Shown: positions 12,301 through 24,438, numbered from the whole stretch's first letter. The stretch: DNA of 62,857 bases, filler included, from Circinaria calcarea (GCA_051942165.1; 47 parts of 47 records of this genome joined end to end with filler, not necessarily neighbours in it), one strand, 5' to 3'. Notes: generated by a model from the sequence alone, not told the origin. Numbers and translations: made by a program.

Positions 12301-14373
12301 TAAAGGGGGGCGTAACGAATGTAAAATCTATTCCCTTTTTTTTAAAAGTAATAGAGCTCTTTTAATAATAAAAAAATTCACACATCTCCAGTGTAGCCGT
12401 TTCTCATTCCTTGTTCAGCTTGTAGTCCTTCCACTAATCTTCCTTGGACCTTGGGGGTGGCCGGTGTCTTAGTGATAGGACACCTGGAAGCCTTCACATG
12501 GTTATTCACGAGAAGGAGTTGGTTCGATTCCAACGGCCATCTTCTACTACTGTCACTACGCGTCTGGCTGATAAGGGGAAAGTTCGGCAGCCCGTTACTA
12601 AAATAGTAACTCGACCACAACAGACTGATTCCGAACTTGAATCAGAGACTTGTATAGAGTTTTGAGTGCAAATCTCAAGGTCAGCGCCCTTACGTGAGGG
12701 GCTATGTCGCTACGAGTAAGTACGCGTTCATAGTCACCTATGATTCGAAGGTCTACAGAGGCTGGAAGGAAGGTTTCGTCGACTCTACTTGCTGACGTGT
12801 CCACCATTTCGTAAGGTTCTCCTTTAGCTCAGGTTCCTCCCATCGGCCTGTAGTATGATTACGGTGGTGGAGGCTCTTACGCGTTACAGCATACTAGGAA
12901 GGTCAAGACGCTATAATATAAAAGAATAACTCAGGCTGGAGGGCTTAACAAAATACGGTAGATCACTATATCTTTTAAATTTGGGGGTTGATATCAGGGG
13001 ACACGCCTCTGAAGCATTAGACCACCATTTCTATAAAGGTTAAGGGTTGATATTTGGGGGGCACGCCTCTGATTACAGTATCATCATATATAGATAACAG
13101 CCTGCATGGGTCAAACTGGCCCGCATAAGGTCTATGAATGTACTACTACTACTACTTGGACCTTGGGTATCTCACAATTATTAATATATCCGCCATTCGG
13201 TCAAGTTAAGTGGTAGGGATCCCGTTTTTGGTTTCTTTTCTTTTTTTTCTTTTTTTTCTTCTCCTTAAAGATATCCTTTCTCAAAAAAGGGATTACGGGC
13301 CCTAACGGCGTATATAGGCCTAGCCAGCCCTTTAATTTTTCAAACCTATTTATTATACAGATTCTCCCCCGTAGGTTCCTTTTTCTCATATTGTACAAAT
13401 ATACCCACCNNNNNNNNNNNNNNNNNNNNNNNNNNNNNNNNNNNNNNNNNNNNTTAATTAATTAANNNNNNNNNNNNNNNNNNNNNNNNNNNNNNNNNNN
13501 NNNNNNNNNACGGGGTGGGTGCTTAACGGTAAGCGAAAGCGAATAAACACGGGGTTTATAAGGAATGAAAGAATGAATGAATGAACGAGTGAGTGAGACA
13601 ACATCTCGATTTAGAAAGGAGATCAAAAACAAAGGGATGCACGAATGGGCTGGGAAAGAGAAACGAAGTGACCGAATGGGGGATATGGGCGACATAGGGT
13701 TCCATTCCAAATGGAGTGGGAATTGTTTGGGAGGGGGTGAGCTTTTGGGCTATTGGCTTGGGGGGAATATATATGTTACATATATATACATTCTACCTAC
13801 GCTATACAAAGACTCTAGATTGTATTAAAAACCACGTTACCGTATCCTTTTGCTTAAAACCATGGGGTTACTATCTTCATGGGATGATTTCTGAAACACA
13901 AATTGTTCAATCCACTATACTTTTTGGCCGAGCAAAACCGCCGCTCTGGGGGCATGTGCCCGGACTTTCTGATATGAAGTATGCTATGATATAGCTAAGG
14001 TGCGTAAAAGCTGTCAACGTATCCTTGGTGTGCCATCTCTATATGTCTATGCGTTCAAAACTCTAATAACGTCGTGTCGAAAACTCGCCGCATGAATGAA
14101 ATTAGTAGCAGCTTCCGCCCAATATCCAGCCCTTAGCATAGGCGACATACAGCCAAGACTCCATCTGCACATTGTCTTACCAGTCCCCCGTTTTCGCTTT
14201 GGAATAGGTGACGCCGTCCTCCAGATCCTCCGAACTGATTTCATGTTCTTTAGGATTAGTATTTGCCTGCAAAGATGATGTCCGAATGGCTGACTGGTGA
14301 TGAATTATAAGCATGACGGGGAGATGATCTACCAAAGCCAGTCCCAGCAAAATTCCCTACATGCATCAAAAAC

Positions 14374-14756
14374 TCAGACTCCAGCATAAAGCTCAGTATG
14401 CCCAACCTGGCTTTTGCCTCTGCCGTGTTTAATCTTCCCTCCCCAGTCCCGCAACTTTCCCTCCCCGCGCTGCCACCAGTGTTTAATCTTCTCACCTACC
14501 CTCGTCTTTGTTCGGTGCAGACTCGGTAAATTCACCGTAGAGCGTCCAGTCTGCGCGCTTGTCCGTCCAGCCGGTCTGCTTCTATCCAGTGCTGAGCCAC
14601 TTCGCTTGCGATCCGCACCCCTGAAATCATCCATCGAACTTGCTCTACCTGCGATAGCCTTGAGCTGAGATATACGTTTCCTTATGCTGCCTTCTTGCTG
14701 TAGCTGTGAACTATCGTCCGAGAAGAAGCTGCGAACTTCTGTCAAATGCAAGCCAG
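14374..14756 (-). CDS. Fungal hypothetical protein, C-terminal fragment
   Basis: Open frame from the contig edge: HLTEVRSFFSDDSS..GSIRKRISQLK..KIKHWWQRGEGKLR..stop. Confidence 0.65.
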
Positions 14757-14856
14757 NNNNNNNNNNNNNNNNNNNNNNNNNNNNNNNNNNNNNNNNNNNN
14801 TTAATTAATTAANNNNNNNNNNNNNNNNNNNNNNNNNNNNNNNNNNNNNNNNNNNN

Positions 14857-15985
14857 GCCTTATTTGGTCCTGTTGGCTGAGGCGCAGGGGTGAGGGAATG
14901 TCGGAGGGATGAGAAGACCCGCCGGTGCTGGGGGGTGAGGTTTGGCCCTCTCCCTGACTGCCAGCGTTAGCGAGTAAGTTAGCAGCCGACGGTGGCATGA
15001 AGCCGAGAGATAAGCAGGTGCTGCAGAGGTCCTCTCCGTGCAACTGGATCCGGTTTTGCTGGCAGAGGCGGCAGGGTCTGAGGTGATTCCTGGCCAGATC
15101 CTCGTCCCTCGGGAAGTCCGGTAGGGTCGGGAACGGTGGCAGGGTTGGGAGTGTCGGCACGGGGGGCACCTCAGAATCTCCGATGACGCGGCTGTCAAAG
15201 GGTCTGCTGTACCGGCTCGTGACACTAGCTGCCATGCTCTGAGGGCGGTCCAGCTGTTCCACATGCGTGACCTGGCGTTCGTGCACGCGCGAGTTACGCA
15301 AGGTCTGGTGTTCCGGCACGAGCGAGACCACGCTACCGGCTACGCTCTGGACGTACGCGCGAGGTTCGAGCGTGGTGGTATAGCGAGGCACGCGCTGGGC
15401 CGTGGGAGCGGGCACTTCAGACCTGGTGGGGGGGACCGGCCGCCGTGCGATTCTAGGTTCCCGCCGGGCTTCGGTGCCGGATGTAGGGTCGAGGTGTACG
15501 ATGAGATCGAGCGGCTCCCTGTGCGGGACCGGTCGCCGGGCTGAGGGGTCGTGGACTGCTCTCGGAACCCTGAGTTCCGGTGGAGCTTGAGGGAATGCTG
15601 AGGGCCAGGGCGTTATTGGTTCCGTGAGGCTGTCATTCCGAGACCTGCTGCCGCTTCCGTCTCGCGGCCTCCTCTCGTCTCGGGACCTGCTTGATCTGCT
15701 CTCGTCTCGGGACCTGCTTGGTCTGCTCTCGTCTCGGGGTCTTCTGATGTTGTTGTCGCCTCGAGGCCGTCGGATGTCTCCGTGATGTCTTGGTCGCAGA
15801 GTGGCGGCAGCTAGTTCGTTTGCCGGGATCGCGTTGCCTGAAGGGTTGCCTGAGGGGTTGTCGGTGTTTCTCCTGTAGACCCTTGGTACTTCGATGATCT
15901 CTTCGACCTCGTCTTTGAACCGTACTCTGGGGGCCTCGTCAAAGCTTGGCCGGAAGTTCGCTACGGCCGGTCGGGAAGAGGACAC
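14857..15985 (-). CDS. Arg/Pro/Ser-rich hypothetical protein with a CxxC-x12-CxxC motif, 3'-truncated
   Basis: Over 370 codons uninterrupted; SRDE repeats; RPCRLCQQ...LCSTC. Confidence 0.65.
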
Positions 15986-16203
15986 TATGTCGGAGTTAGC
16001 ACGCCTTTTGGTTTTGAAGGATCCGATAAAGGTGGCGATCGGGTTCTCTTTCTTGGCCTTTACCTGTGCCCTCTCCTCCCTCAGGGCGCTCTGGGTTCTC
16101 CTTNNNNNNNNNNNNNNNNNNNNNNNNNNNNNNNNNNNNNNNNNNNNTTAATTAATTAANNNNNNNNNNNNNNNNNNNNNNNNNNNNNNNNNNNNNNNNN
16201 NNN

Positions 16204-16649
16204 GAGATTCGGATATATTCTAGCAGATGTGTAAGACCTTTCGTAACGAAACCTCCAATTCCACCGCCGAGACGCACACAGTCGTTGATGACATGGCCGG
16301 CCATCCCACGGATTTCATCCGGGACAATCTGAATGGAGAAAGGAGCAGCGAAATCGGGGCCGGCGTGTTCAACCGAGATATGGCAAGTGCCTATATTCGA
16401 GAATGAACATCAAAGAGCTTTGGTATCAACTCATCCATCTTACCCACCGTGTGATACTGAAAATGGTAACTCGAGCGCGTTGGGTACGTTGGTTTGACGC
16501 AAGCGGTAGGTGACCGGATTTTGCCCGTGTGGAAGGTTGGTACCGGCAATACCACAATCGCCGGGCTGAAGCATCGATCCATATACCCGGTTGCAGGAGT
16601 GGAAGTCGGGAGGCGTAGGAGGGGTCACAGGCAAACTCAAAGCAGCCAT
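16204..16649 (-). CDS. Cys-containing, probably secreted effector-like protein (two exons: 16649-16448, 16390-16204)
   Basis: GTGGGT...ATAG intron joins in frame: SCNRVYGSMLQPGDCGIAGTNLP..LELPFSVSHG-TCHISVEHAGP..IVPDEIRGMAGHVINDCVRLGGGIGGFVTKG. Confidence 0.65.
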
Positions 16650-17551
16650 AATAGATGCTGGTAACAGTCGATGATTTTAGTCAAGAGTCCTAAACTCCAG
16701 ATATAACGACCTCTCCGGAGGTCTTGCAAAAGATATGTTCATATAAAGCCATCTTTCGCCACGACATATTGGCTAAGATCATTGCGAGATAAGATATTTC
16801 GAAAGAAGCGCTCCTGCTCGAGCGCGCAATGGTGATACAACAACAGTCTTTCTGAAACAGCGCCATGAAACCCGTGCCCAAGATAACTTTGATCAAGTAG
16901 CCTCAAGATAGAGCCCTGGGACCACCACATGGAGATTGGGGTCGTGAGTGCCCTACAACACCACCGAAAAATTGACAATATAGTACTGGAGAACCCCTCA
17001 CACAAGAACCGTAGCCCGTCGAATAACAAAAGACATTGAACGTATACTCCGTAGTGGAAGTCCGGTTTGTAAGACCCGATCTATGAGTGACGAGAACGAA
17101 GCAACCCATTACACCGATTGTCTTTCATCGGCAACGACTTTGGCACACAGCCTCGAATCCTTGGTGTTTCAGAGGGGATATCGGGACGGAGATATTATTC
17201 TAAATAATATCAGACGCAACCATGGACACATCCTCATGAGGTCAGGAAACAGTTTCCATCATTAGGCAAGGCCACTCTTTACCCGTGTCGCTGTACGAGA
17301 TCGGTCGAGCTGTCGGTAGCTTGGGAAGAGAGGAAATTTCCTGGAGTTTTGTCAATCGTTGGCAAAAACTTACTCCGCACAGCGCTCCCTTGCCGTCTTC
17401 TGCTTTTCCTCAGCTTTAACCACCATTTTCTTTGCCTAGTCCGTACGCGGNNNNNNNNNNNNNNNNNNNNNNNNNNNNNNNNNNNNNNNNNNNNTTAATT
17501 AATTAANNNNNNNNNNNNNNNNNNNNNNNNNNNNNNNNNNNNNNNNNNNNT

Positions 17552-18796
17552 GAACTTGCCACTGAGGAGGCACCTAGCTACGAGCTTGAGGATGGCGTTA
17601 AGCAGGAGCTTCCAACTGAAGAGGCGCCTTGCTACGAGCTAGAAGCCAATCCACTCATCTACGAGATGGGGGATAATAATGGAACACCAAGGTTTGAACT
17701 ACCTGGTGATCCCATACATGTTGTTGTGTCGCAAGCCGTTGGTAGAAAGCCCTTACCTACCCCTGAAGAGCAAGCTTCATCCAACGTGCGGCGAGGCTCC
17801 ATATATGCCCCTGAGCCGGTAATCAGGCACGATGGGAATCAAGCTCAAGGACGCTCTTCACCCCTTCTTGACGCAAAAGGTGTGGATAAGGTAGTCCAAG
17901 CCGTGAATGAAGTTTCTGGTGAAGAGCAGGAGAGTACTGATAGCCTGACTTCATCATCGCAAGGGAAGACTATCGACACAAGGCCCGTTCGCGAGGACTC
18001 TTGGCTAACCCTTACATCTGTGAAAGAGCGCCGGCGGAACCTACGATCTGGCAACAACGATGAAGCTCAAGGGCTATTACCCGGTGCTTTACCTGCTCTG
18101 AGATTGCTAACGTTGACGGATGTTCCATGTATAGATAAGGATCATCATGTTATCGATGCGCTGAAGAGATTCTTACAGAACTGTGCAGAAGAAGTCAAAT
18201 TGGCCGAGCTTCAGGCTTCGATCGAACAGAAGACCCTATATTCACCTGGAACTTTTCGGTCTGTATACCAGCACTACCGACTATGCGAGCTATTCGCGTT
18301 GCAGAGTCTTGTCCTTGAAATGGCAGCTCCGGAATATGATAATGCTAGCTCATTTAAATCTATAACTCTACCTAAATCTTCGTCAGAATCGTCAGCTGGT
18401 CACTCTCGATCGTCCACAGAAGACCCAGACACGGAAGCTTTTTGGGCGGCCCAGCAAAATGACTTTTCGTTTTTCGGCGATGAGGAATGCGGATTACCCG
18501 CCGAAGAGCCAGGCATGCATTTCCCTCTTTCTACGCTATTGGAGAAAGTGGCTATGCCCACGGATAGACTGCATCCCGGAGATCTTCCCACACTGCAGCA
18601 ACCTAGCAATAGCCATCTTGGCGTTGACGTGGTGCAGGAGCTGGCAAAGTTCCGAAGAGAGAGAAAGGCTGCTTACGAGCGTGCGCTTACTTTGGGGGAG
18701 AAATACGTGGACGGGTACTGGCCGGGTGAGGTGAAGATTATAAGGTACAAGGGCGGCAATTCCCATCAGAATGGGTGGAACCACTTTTCGAGCGAT
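17552..18796 (+). CDS. Fungal leucine-rich-repeat-associated hypothetical protein, C-terminal region
   Basis: Frame open across the whole contig; LPALRLLTLTDVP, DVVQELAKFRRERKAAY, YVDGYWPGEVKIIR. Confidence 0.7.
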
Positions 18797-20241
18797 NNNN
18801 NNNNNNNNNNNNNNNNNNNNNNNNNNNNNNNNNNNNNNNNTTAATTAATTAANNNNNNNNNNNNNNNNNNNNNNNNNNNNNNNNNNNNNNNNNNNNGGCT
18901 GTACATTGCGGGAAGACGGTTGGTGGTTCTTATCCTTGAAGATGCCATGGAGTTTTCGTCAAATGTTCCCAAGTTGCGGTCGATATCTTGATGCGGACGC
19001 GTTTGTGTTCAGGATAGGGATTGGGTGATAGATCTCCACTTCTTCAGCATAGCGGGATGGTAAGCCACGGCGGTGTTGGAGGGGGATTACTGAGTCTTCA
19101 ACGACGGAAGAAAAAAGCACGGTGGGTTTTAGATTGGAGGAGAAAGGGATGCCGGCCGCCTGTACTTGTGGTTCGATTTGGACGGGTAACTTTTGTTTGC
19201 ACCCCGACGTGTTTTCCTGTTTCGATGTGCATGGTGAGTTTAATGGTTGTGGGAGATTGAGATGCCTATGGGCAATGTAGAAGGTCTGATTGGGAAAAGT
19301 GTCATAAATGCGTGCCTGTATTGTGTTTGAAAATTAGACGGATCTTTGCTTGGCTGGGTTCCTTGGATTGGCTACGGGTAACTGTCGTTCGAGCGTAACA
19401 AGAGCCTGATTCTTTGGGAGTGGGGACTGGCTTATCTACCAAACCCGACACGTGGCTTCATTTGGCTAGCTGGATGATGGACACTTTGGGGGGCGTAGGC
19501 AAAAGCAGCGGCAGCAGCATTGGGCGAGCTTCTTTTGTGTGTATCTTAAACTTGCAGCAGAAAGTCGATTCGAATTGCAATTCAATACTTGTACTTCTTT
19601 TTCTTCATGCAGTTTCTGACGTATTGATGACATATACGATTGTAAACCATTTCCTTGGTTGCTCTTCTGTCTCTCGGCCCCCAAATATTTAATCCTTCAT
19701 AGAAAAAACCTCAACTGTCCCACCCTCCTTTCCTCCTTTCCTCCTTTCCTCCTTTCCTCCTTTCCTCCTTCCCCCCCTGGGGGCCTCGAACTCGAATCCC
19801 CACCTCCATCTTCTTCGCAAACTCAACACAACATAACCAAAATAGCTAATAGTTGCAATTCCCCAGATTCCCCAAGTTCCCAAATCTCTGCTTTCCTTCC
19901 TTCCATCCTTCCTTCCTTGCATCCATCCATCCGTTCCCCCCTCCCCACTTCCCCCGCGGGGGACGTCGCCTATCTCCTTTCTTTTTTTCTTTCTTCCCCT
20001 CCCACCCACACACAAATACCGAGGAACCTAGGAGACTCGGAGAAGAAGGAGAGATGGTATTTACGGATTTTAGGGGGATCCCCTTCCTCCCCCCGGGGTT
20101 CCAGCTTGGTTTTGGTACGGGTTCTTTGGTACGGGTACGGGNNNNNNNNNNNNNNNNNNNNNNNNNNNNNNNNNNNNNNNNNNNNTTAATTAATTAANNN
20201 NNNNNNNNNNNNNNNNNNNNNNNNNNNNNNNNNNNNNNNNN

Positions 20242-20381
20242 TGGTGAGCAAACCCTTGGTTCCCATGCTCCCTATGGTTACACAGAGCGGCATCGTAAGC
20301 AACCCGGAGTTCGGTCCCTAGTACCCCCGGTACCTAACTCCTTTTGTCCCTAGTGCATGCTATGGTGCTGGCGCCATAACA
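20242..20381 (-). mobile_element. Partial Gypsy-type LTR (family shared with 22970-23106, 27678-28032, 50173-50432)
   Basis: Ends CCTAGTGCATGCTATGGTGCTGGCGCCATAACA, near-identical to 28000-28032. Confidence 0.65.
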
Positions 20382-20865
20382 AGACTACGAATTATGGTGA
20401 GGGAAGCTTAGGATGCTGTCGACGAGTAAGAATTACGGGATTTGTTGCTTATTATGCATGATAGATGTTAGGCAGTTATAGACGTAAATAGAATGTATAT
20501 TAAATTTTAAACTTCTCTTCAATATCCATATTACCATATAACCCCTATATGTGGAGGTAGACAAACTATAGTGTAATTTTATTAGCTGAATAAAAGTAGT
20601 ATTGCTAAGACTGCCAAGAGGCTACGAATTATTATGTATTTTACCGTAGTAAAACTAGGTAGTCAAGTGGCCTTGGGTCCTCGAGAATATCTCAGCCCGA
20701 TTGGGTTAGTAGCTCAAAGCGCGGCGCCGGTCACGCCGGGCACACGTACCAAGAAATCTACAGGTACCGTATTCGAGATACCTCGTATTTGTATGGTCAA
20801 CTAAGAAGACTTCCTCTGCTGTCCGAGGTCTGCCGTTGGTGCATCCAGCAGAGAGAACAAACAAA

Positions 20866-21486
20866 ATGCCCTCTTGGCTTCCATCGGTAGCCTACCCTCC
20901 CTCGCAGCAAGGTTACTGGCACCCTGTCACGTCGACCCTGAATTGGTGCGAAGAGGACTACTATGCTACTCATTACTCCGCCGAAATTGTCAACACGCTG
21001 ACCAACCTTCTATTTATCTATCTTGCTGTCAAGGGCATCATCAGCTGCTGGAAATATGGACATGATAGGATTTTCTTGGTCACCTATGTCGGATACATGC
21101 TGGTTGGCACCGGTAGTTTTCTCTTTCACTCCACGCTGAAGTGTAGGTTCTCAATGAGGTGATCGCCATGGCGAGCCTTTTTCTTAATCAATCTCGACGA
21201 AAAATCCTCCTTCATGTGGACCCAAAGTTCTGACGGATTTCTGTGTTGTGTTGCAGATCCCATGCAACTCGTTGATGAGCTCTCCATGATTTACACCACT
21301 TGCCTTATGTGCTATGCAACCTTTTCGTATTCGAAATCCAAACAATTCGCTCTTATTCTCGCTCTCAGCCTAGTATCACTAGCAACCTTCATCACCCTGT
21401 ACTATCATTACTTGCAGGACCCCGCCTTTCACCAGAATGCTTATGCCATTCTCACTGCGGTGGTTCTTTTTCGCAGCATGTATGTG
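20866..21486 (+). CDS. Alkaline ceramidase (Ypc1/Ydc1 family), exons 20866-21142 and 21257-21486, 3'-truncated
   Basis: GYWHPVTSTLNWCEEDY..AEIVNTLTN..GSFLFHSTLK-YPMQLVDELSMIY; GT-AG intron restores the frame. Confidence 0.95.
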
Positions 21487-21586
21487 NNNNNNNNNNNNNN
21501 NNNNNNNNNNNNNNNNNNNNNNNNNNNNNNTTAATTAATTAANNNNNNNNNNNNNNNNNNNNNNNNNNNNNNNNNNNNNNNNNNNN

Positions 21587-22751
21587 CCTCTGCATTGGTG
21601 AACAAGCTTGAGTAGGCTTCCATGCAGGCGGGCGACCCCAGCGCGAACAGGTCGCACAAATCATTCGTGTGCCGATGTTTTGGCACTTGGAATGCCTGGG
21701 AGCCAGCCGCTCGGAAAGCTGCATCACAGAACTGGCAGCCGCCGCCACCGCCGTAATGTCCGTGGTAGGCTGGATTCGATCCGAAGATCACGGGGGCGGC
21801 CGGGTTCTCGACAACGTAGCGCATCTCCTTGCGGACGAGTTCGCCTTGCGCCCGGTTGCACGGCGCCAAGTCGAACCGCAGCCGCATTACCGCCATGGAG
21901 GGGGTGTGACAGGCCTCGTAATCCCTCCGCAACCGATCCGCCTTCTCGATGCTATACAATTGGGACAAAATGCGTTGCTTGCTGGATTGCCGATGATTGA
22001 GGTAAACATGGGGGAAGTGGCTTAGCTTGGCATTTAGGGCAGTTGAATTCGACTCTATGCAGTAGTTTTTTGGTTTCAAAAATTTATTAACGATGTCAAT
22101 AGACGAGAAGTCTTCCTCGGCGTAAGTGCCCTCAACGTATGTTCCATTGTTTTGCTCCAAATACCCAGTATTCGACCACATATGATAAAAAATGTTGAGG
22201 ACGAATTCTTGCCTTAAATCATCAAAAAAATCCTGCCATTGTGATTTGTATCGAAGGAACGCTCGGGAATGGCCGGAGAAACAGATGGCAACCGTTCGTT
22301 TTGCTACAGCAGTGCTGGGAGACCATTCTCTCCGGGTATCCTCGCAGCCTCGCGCGATCTGGTTCCGAAACTCCGGGTTAATCTCAAGGAAGTCCGCAAT
22401 CTGACTTCGAGGCGCCTGCTGTTGGATGAAGGGGGCAGCTTCCGAGCACAAGGATTGTAGGATGCATGTGGAAATTTCGCTCAGCTTATCCGAAATGAAG
22501 CAAAATTCCTTATCTAAGATCCAAGTGGCCCGGCCGCCATGCTGATGCTCAAGCTCCAATAAAACCACTTCTGAAAACCCAAGAAATAAAAACTTTGGAA
22601 ACCAGTGCTTGACAAGCTTGATTTTACGTCCGAACGGCTGGCCGTCAGCCGCGTTTTTGCCAAAACATAAAGGAAATTCTAGGAAAAAATAGTCAAACTG
22701 ATCGTCCTCGATCTTCAATTTACAGAAGCAAGTAGTAGCGTTTAGACTCAT
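21587..22751 (-). CDS. Intronless glycosyltransferase-like protein, probably bacterial or viral, 3'-truncated
   Basis: VAICFSGHSR..NIFYHMW..SQLYSIEKADRLRRDYE..AVMRLRFDL..DLFALGS resembles the 'IALCFSGQxR...RxRxD' putative GT family of bacteria and large DNA viruses; no introns over 1.16 kb. Confidence 0.7.
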
Positions 22752-22969
22752 CGGTCTTTACCAACCAAGTTTTATGAAGCGCAAAATTTATCGCTATGCA
22801 AAGCAAAGTGTACGGGGCACATCACAGCCNNNNNNNNNNNNNNNNNNNNNNNNNNNNNNNNNNNNNNNNNNNNTTAATTAATTAANNNNNNNNNNNNNNN
22901 NNNNNNNNNNNNNNNNNNNNNNNNNNNNNATTAATATTTTTTAATAATTTTATTATTCCCGGGGATTAT

Positions 22970-23137
22970 TAAGAGTTACCGGGAGCATGATATATTATAT
23001 ACTCTTAATATTCCCTGCTAAATCCTGGGAATACCTGAGAGCGCCCGGCTCCTAATTACTCCGTTCCGGCACTCAGCTTACCAGGGTATGGCGTCGCGCC
23101 ATAACATAAGCTTCCCCCTCAAGGATTTCGTCTCGAA
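22970..23137 (-). mobile_element. Gypsy/chromovirus 3' end: conserved pre-PPT motif, PPT and start of the 3' LTR
   Basis: Minus strand reads TTCGAGACGAAATCCTTGAGGGGGAAGCTTA-TGTTATGGCGC; shares GAGCGCCCGGCTCCTA.TT.CTCCGTTCCGGC with 50375-50406; left boundary approximate. Confidence 0.75.
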
Positions 23138-23169
23138 GATCTCACGCCTTTTCCTTTCTTCCTTTCATC

Positions 23170-23343
23170 ATGCAAAGGGCCAAGCAGCGACTTCCCTCCA
23201 CTACTCGTCGTTACCGGAAGGCTGATTTCATCGAGAATTTTGGTTTAGCAAATGTGCGTCCCTGTTCCCATTGCACCACCGACAAGGTTTTGTGTGTCAG
23301 TTCACTTATAATAAATATTAAATTTTATAATAAAATTGAATAA
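23170..23343 (+). pseudogene. Antisense Cys-cluster ORF remnant within the Gypsy 3' region
   Basis: MQRAKQRLPSTTRRYRKADFIENFGLANVRPCSHCTTDKVLCVSS, then decays into AT-rich sequence. Confidence 0.55.
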
Positions 23344-23706
23344 TTTTCGAATATATATTTATTTTTTACTTTATAACTCCTTTGATTGGCTAGATTTTAA
23401 GGTTTTAATAATGCCCGAAACTAGTATAGCGTGCACGTGATGGTATACCTAAGCAACGGTTTAAGGGATAACGAGAATCCCGTGTATAAAGTAAGGATTA
23501 TGATAGGGCTTATGCATAAGGCAAATATTATGGCATAAGCCTATGCATAATTTAAGTTTTATACAGTACAAGTACCCCACTACCCCACTATTCAATCAGC
23601 CCTATCTGATCATAACGAGAACTTCTTTGTAACGAATATAGTATTGCAATTTTTCAACTCGTTATAGTCAAGGTTCAGTGTACCGGCGGCGCTGCACCTT
23701 TCACAC

Positions 23707-24133
23707 TCAAATCCTCTTCCAACTCCACCCACACTGCACATATCGAACCGCAACCAGAAACCCGCATCCAACCGCCATGACGCCTCCGCAGAAAAGCTGC
23801 AGATACAAGTAACCGCCTCCATTCAGAGTGATGAGCGCCCCAGCGATGGGGTTGCCGGTCAGTACCGCGATGCTGATAATGCTAAAGCTCGTGCCCATGC
23901 GCATCCCGATCTCGTCGACCTCGGAGATTTCTTGAATGAGGGCCGGGCCCAAGGAGACGAAGGTACCGGAGGTGCAACCGAAGAGGGCCGAGAAGATGAA
24001 TGTCGGAGTAGGGCTGCTGGTGGGGATCCAGAGGGCTAGGACGAGGAGGGTCGAGAGGAAGGTGGTAATGATCATCACGTTGAACCGACCAATGCGATCG
24101 CCGAGCCAACCTGGAACGACGCGGCCTACGACA
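23707..24133 (-). CDS. MFS monocarboxylate-transporter-like protein (Mch family), last exon
   Basis: CTGAC..CAG acceptor then VVGRVVPGWLGDRIGRFNVM..FGCTSGTFVSLGPALIQEIS..IGMRMG..LTGNPIAGAL. Confidence 0.9.
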
Positions 24134-24438
24134 CTGAATGGCAGTCTGTCAGTAAACCCCGTCGATGCAAACNNNNNNNNNNNNNNNNNNNNNNNNNNNN
24201 NNNNNNNNNNNNNNNNTTAATTAATTAANNNNNNNNNNNNNNNNNNNNNNNNNNNNNNNNNNNNNNNNNNNNGTCTCGCTAAACAGGGTAAATAACCTCG
24301 GTTATGGGGTACTAAGCTCCCGGGAGTAGTAAAGGGGCGGAGGGAACGCTGGTGGTTTATAAACTACATATACGACTGCACTATTGGCGGCCTTGAGTGT
24401 GAGATTTTAAAACGGTGATTCTGGCGAGAAAATAATAG

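Noticed and set aside
12985..13072. Two ~28-bp direct repeats (GGGTTGATAT..CACGCCTCTGA) 31 bp apart, CRISPR-like spacing
   Set aside because: Only two imperfect copies, fungal context, no cas genes; a local duplication.
9467..13409. Short ORFs in three homopolymer-rich contigs
   Set aside because: Low-complexity F/K/G/P-rich translations without recognisable motifs; treated as intergenic, as are 37673-38908, 41680-42913 and 53663-54891.
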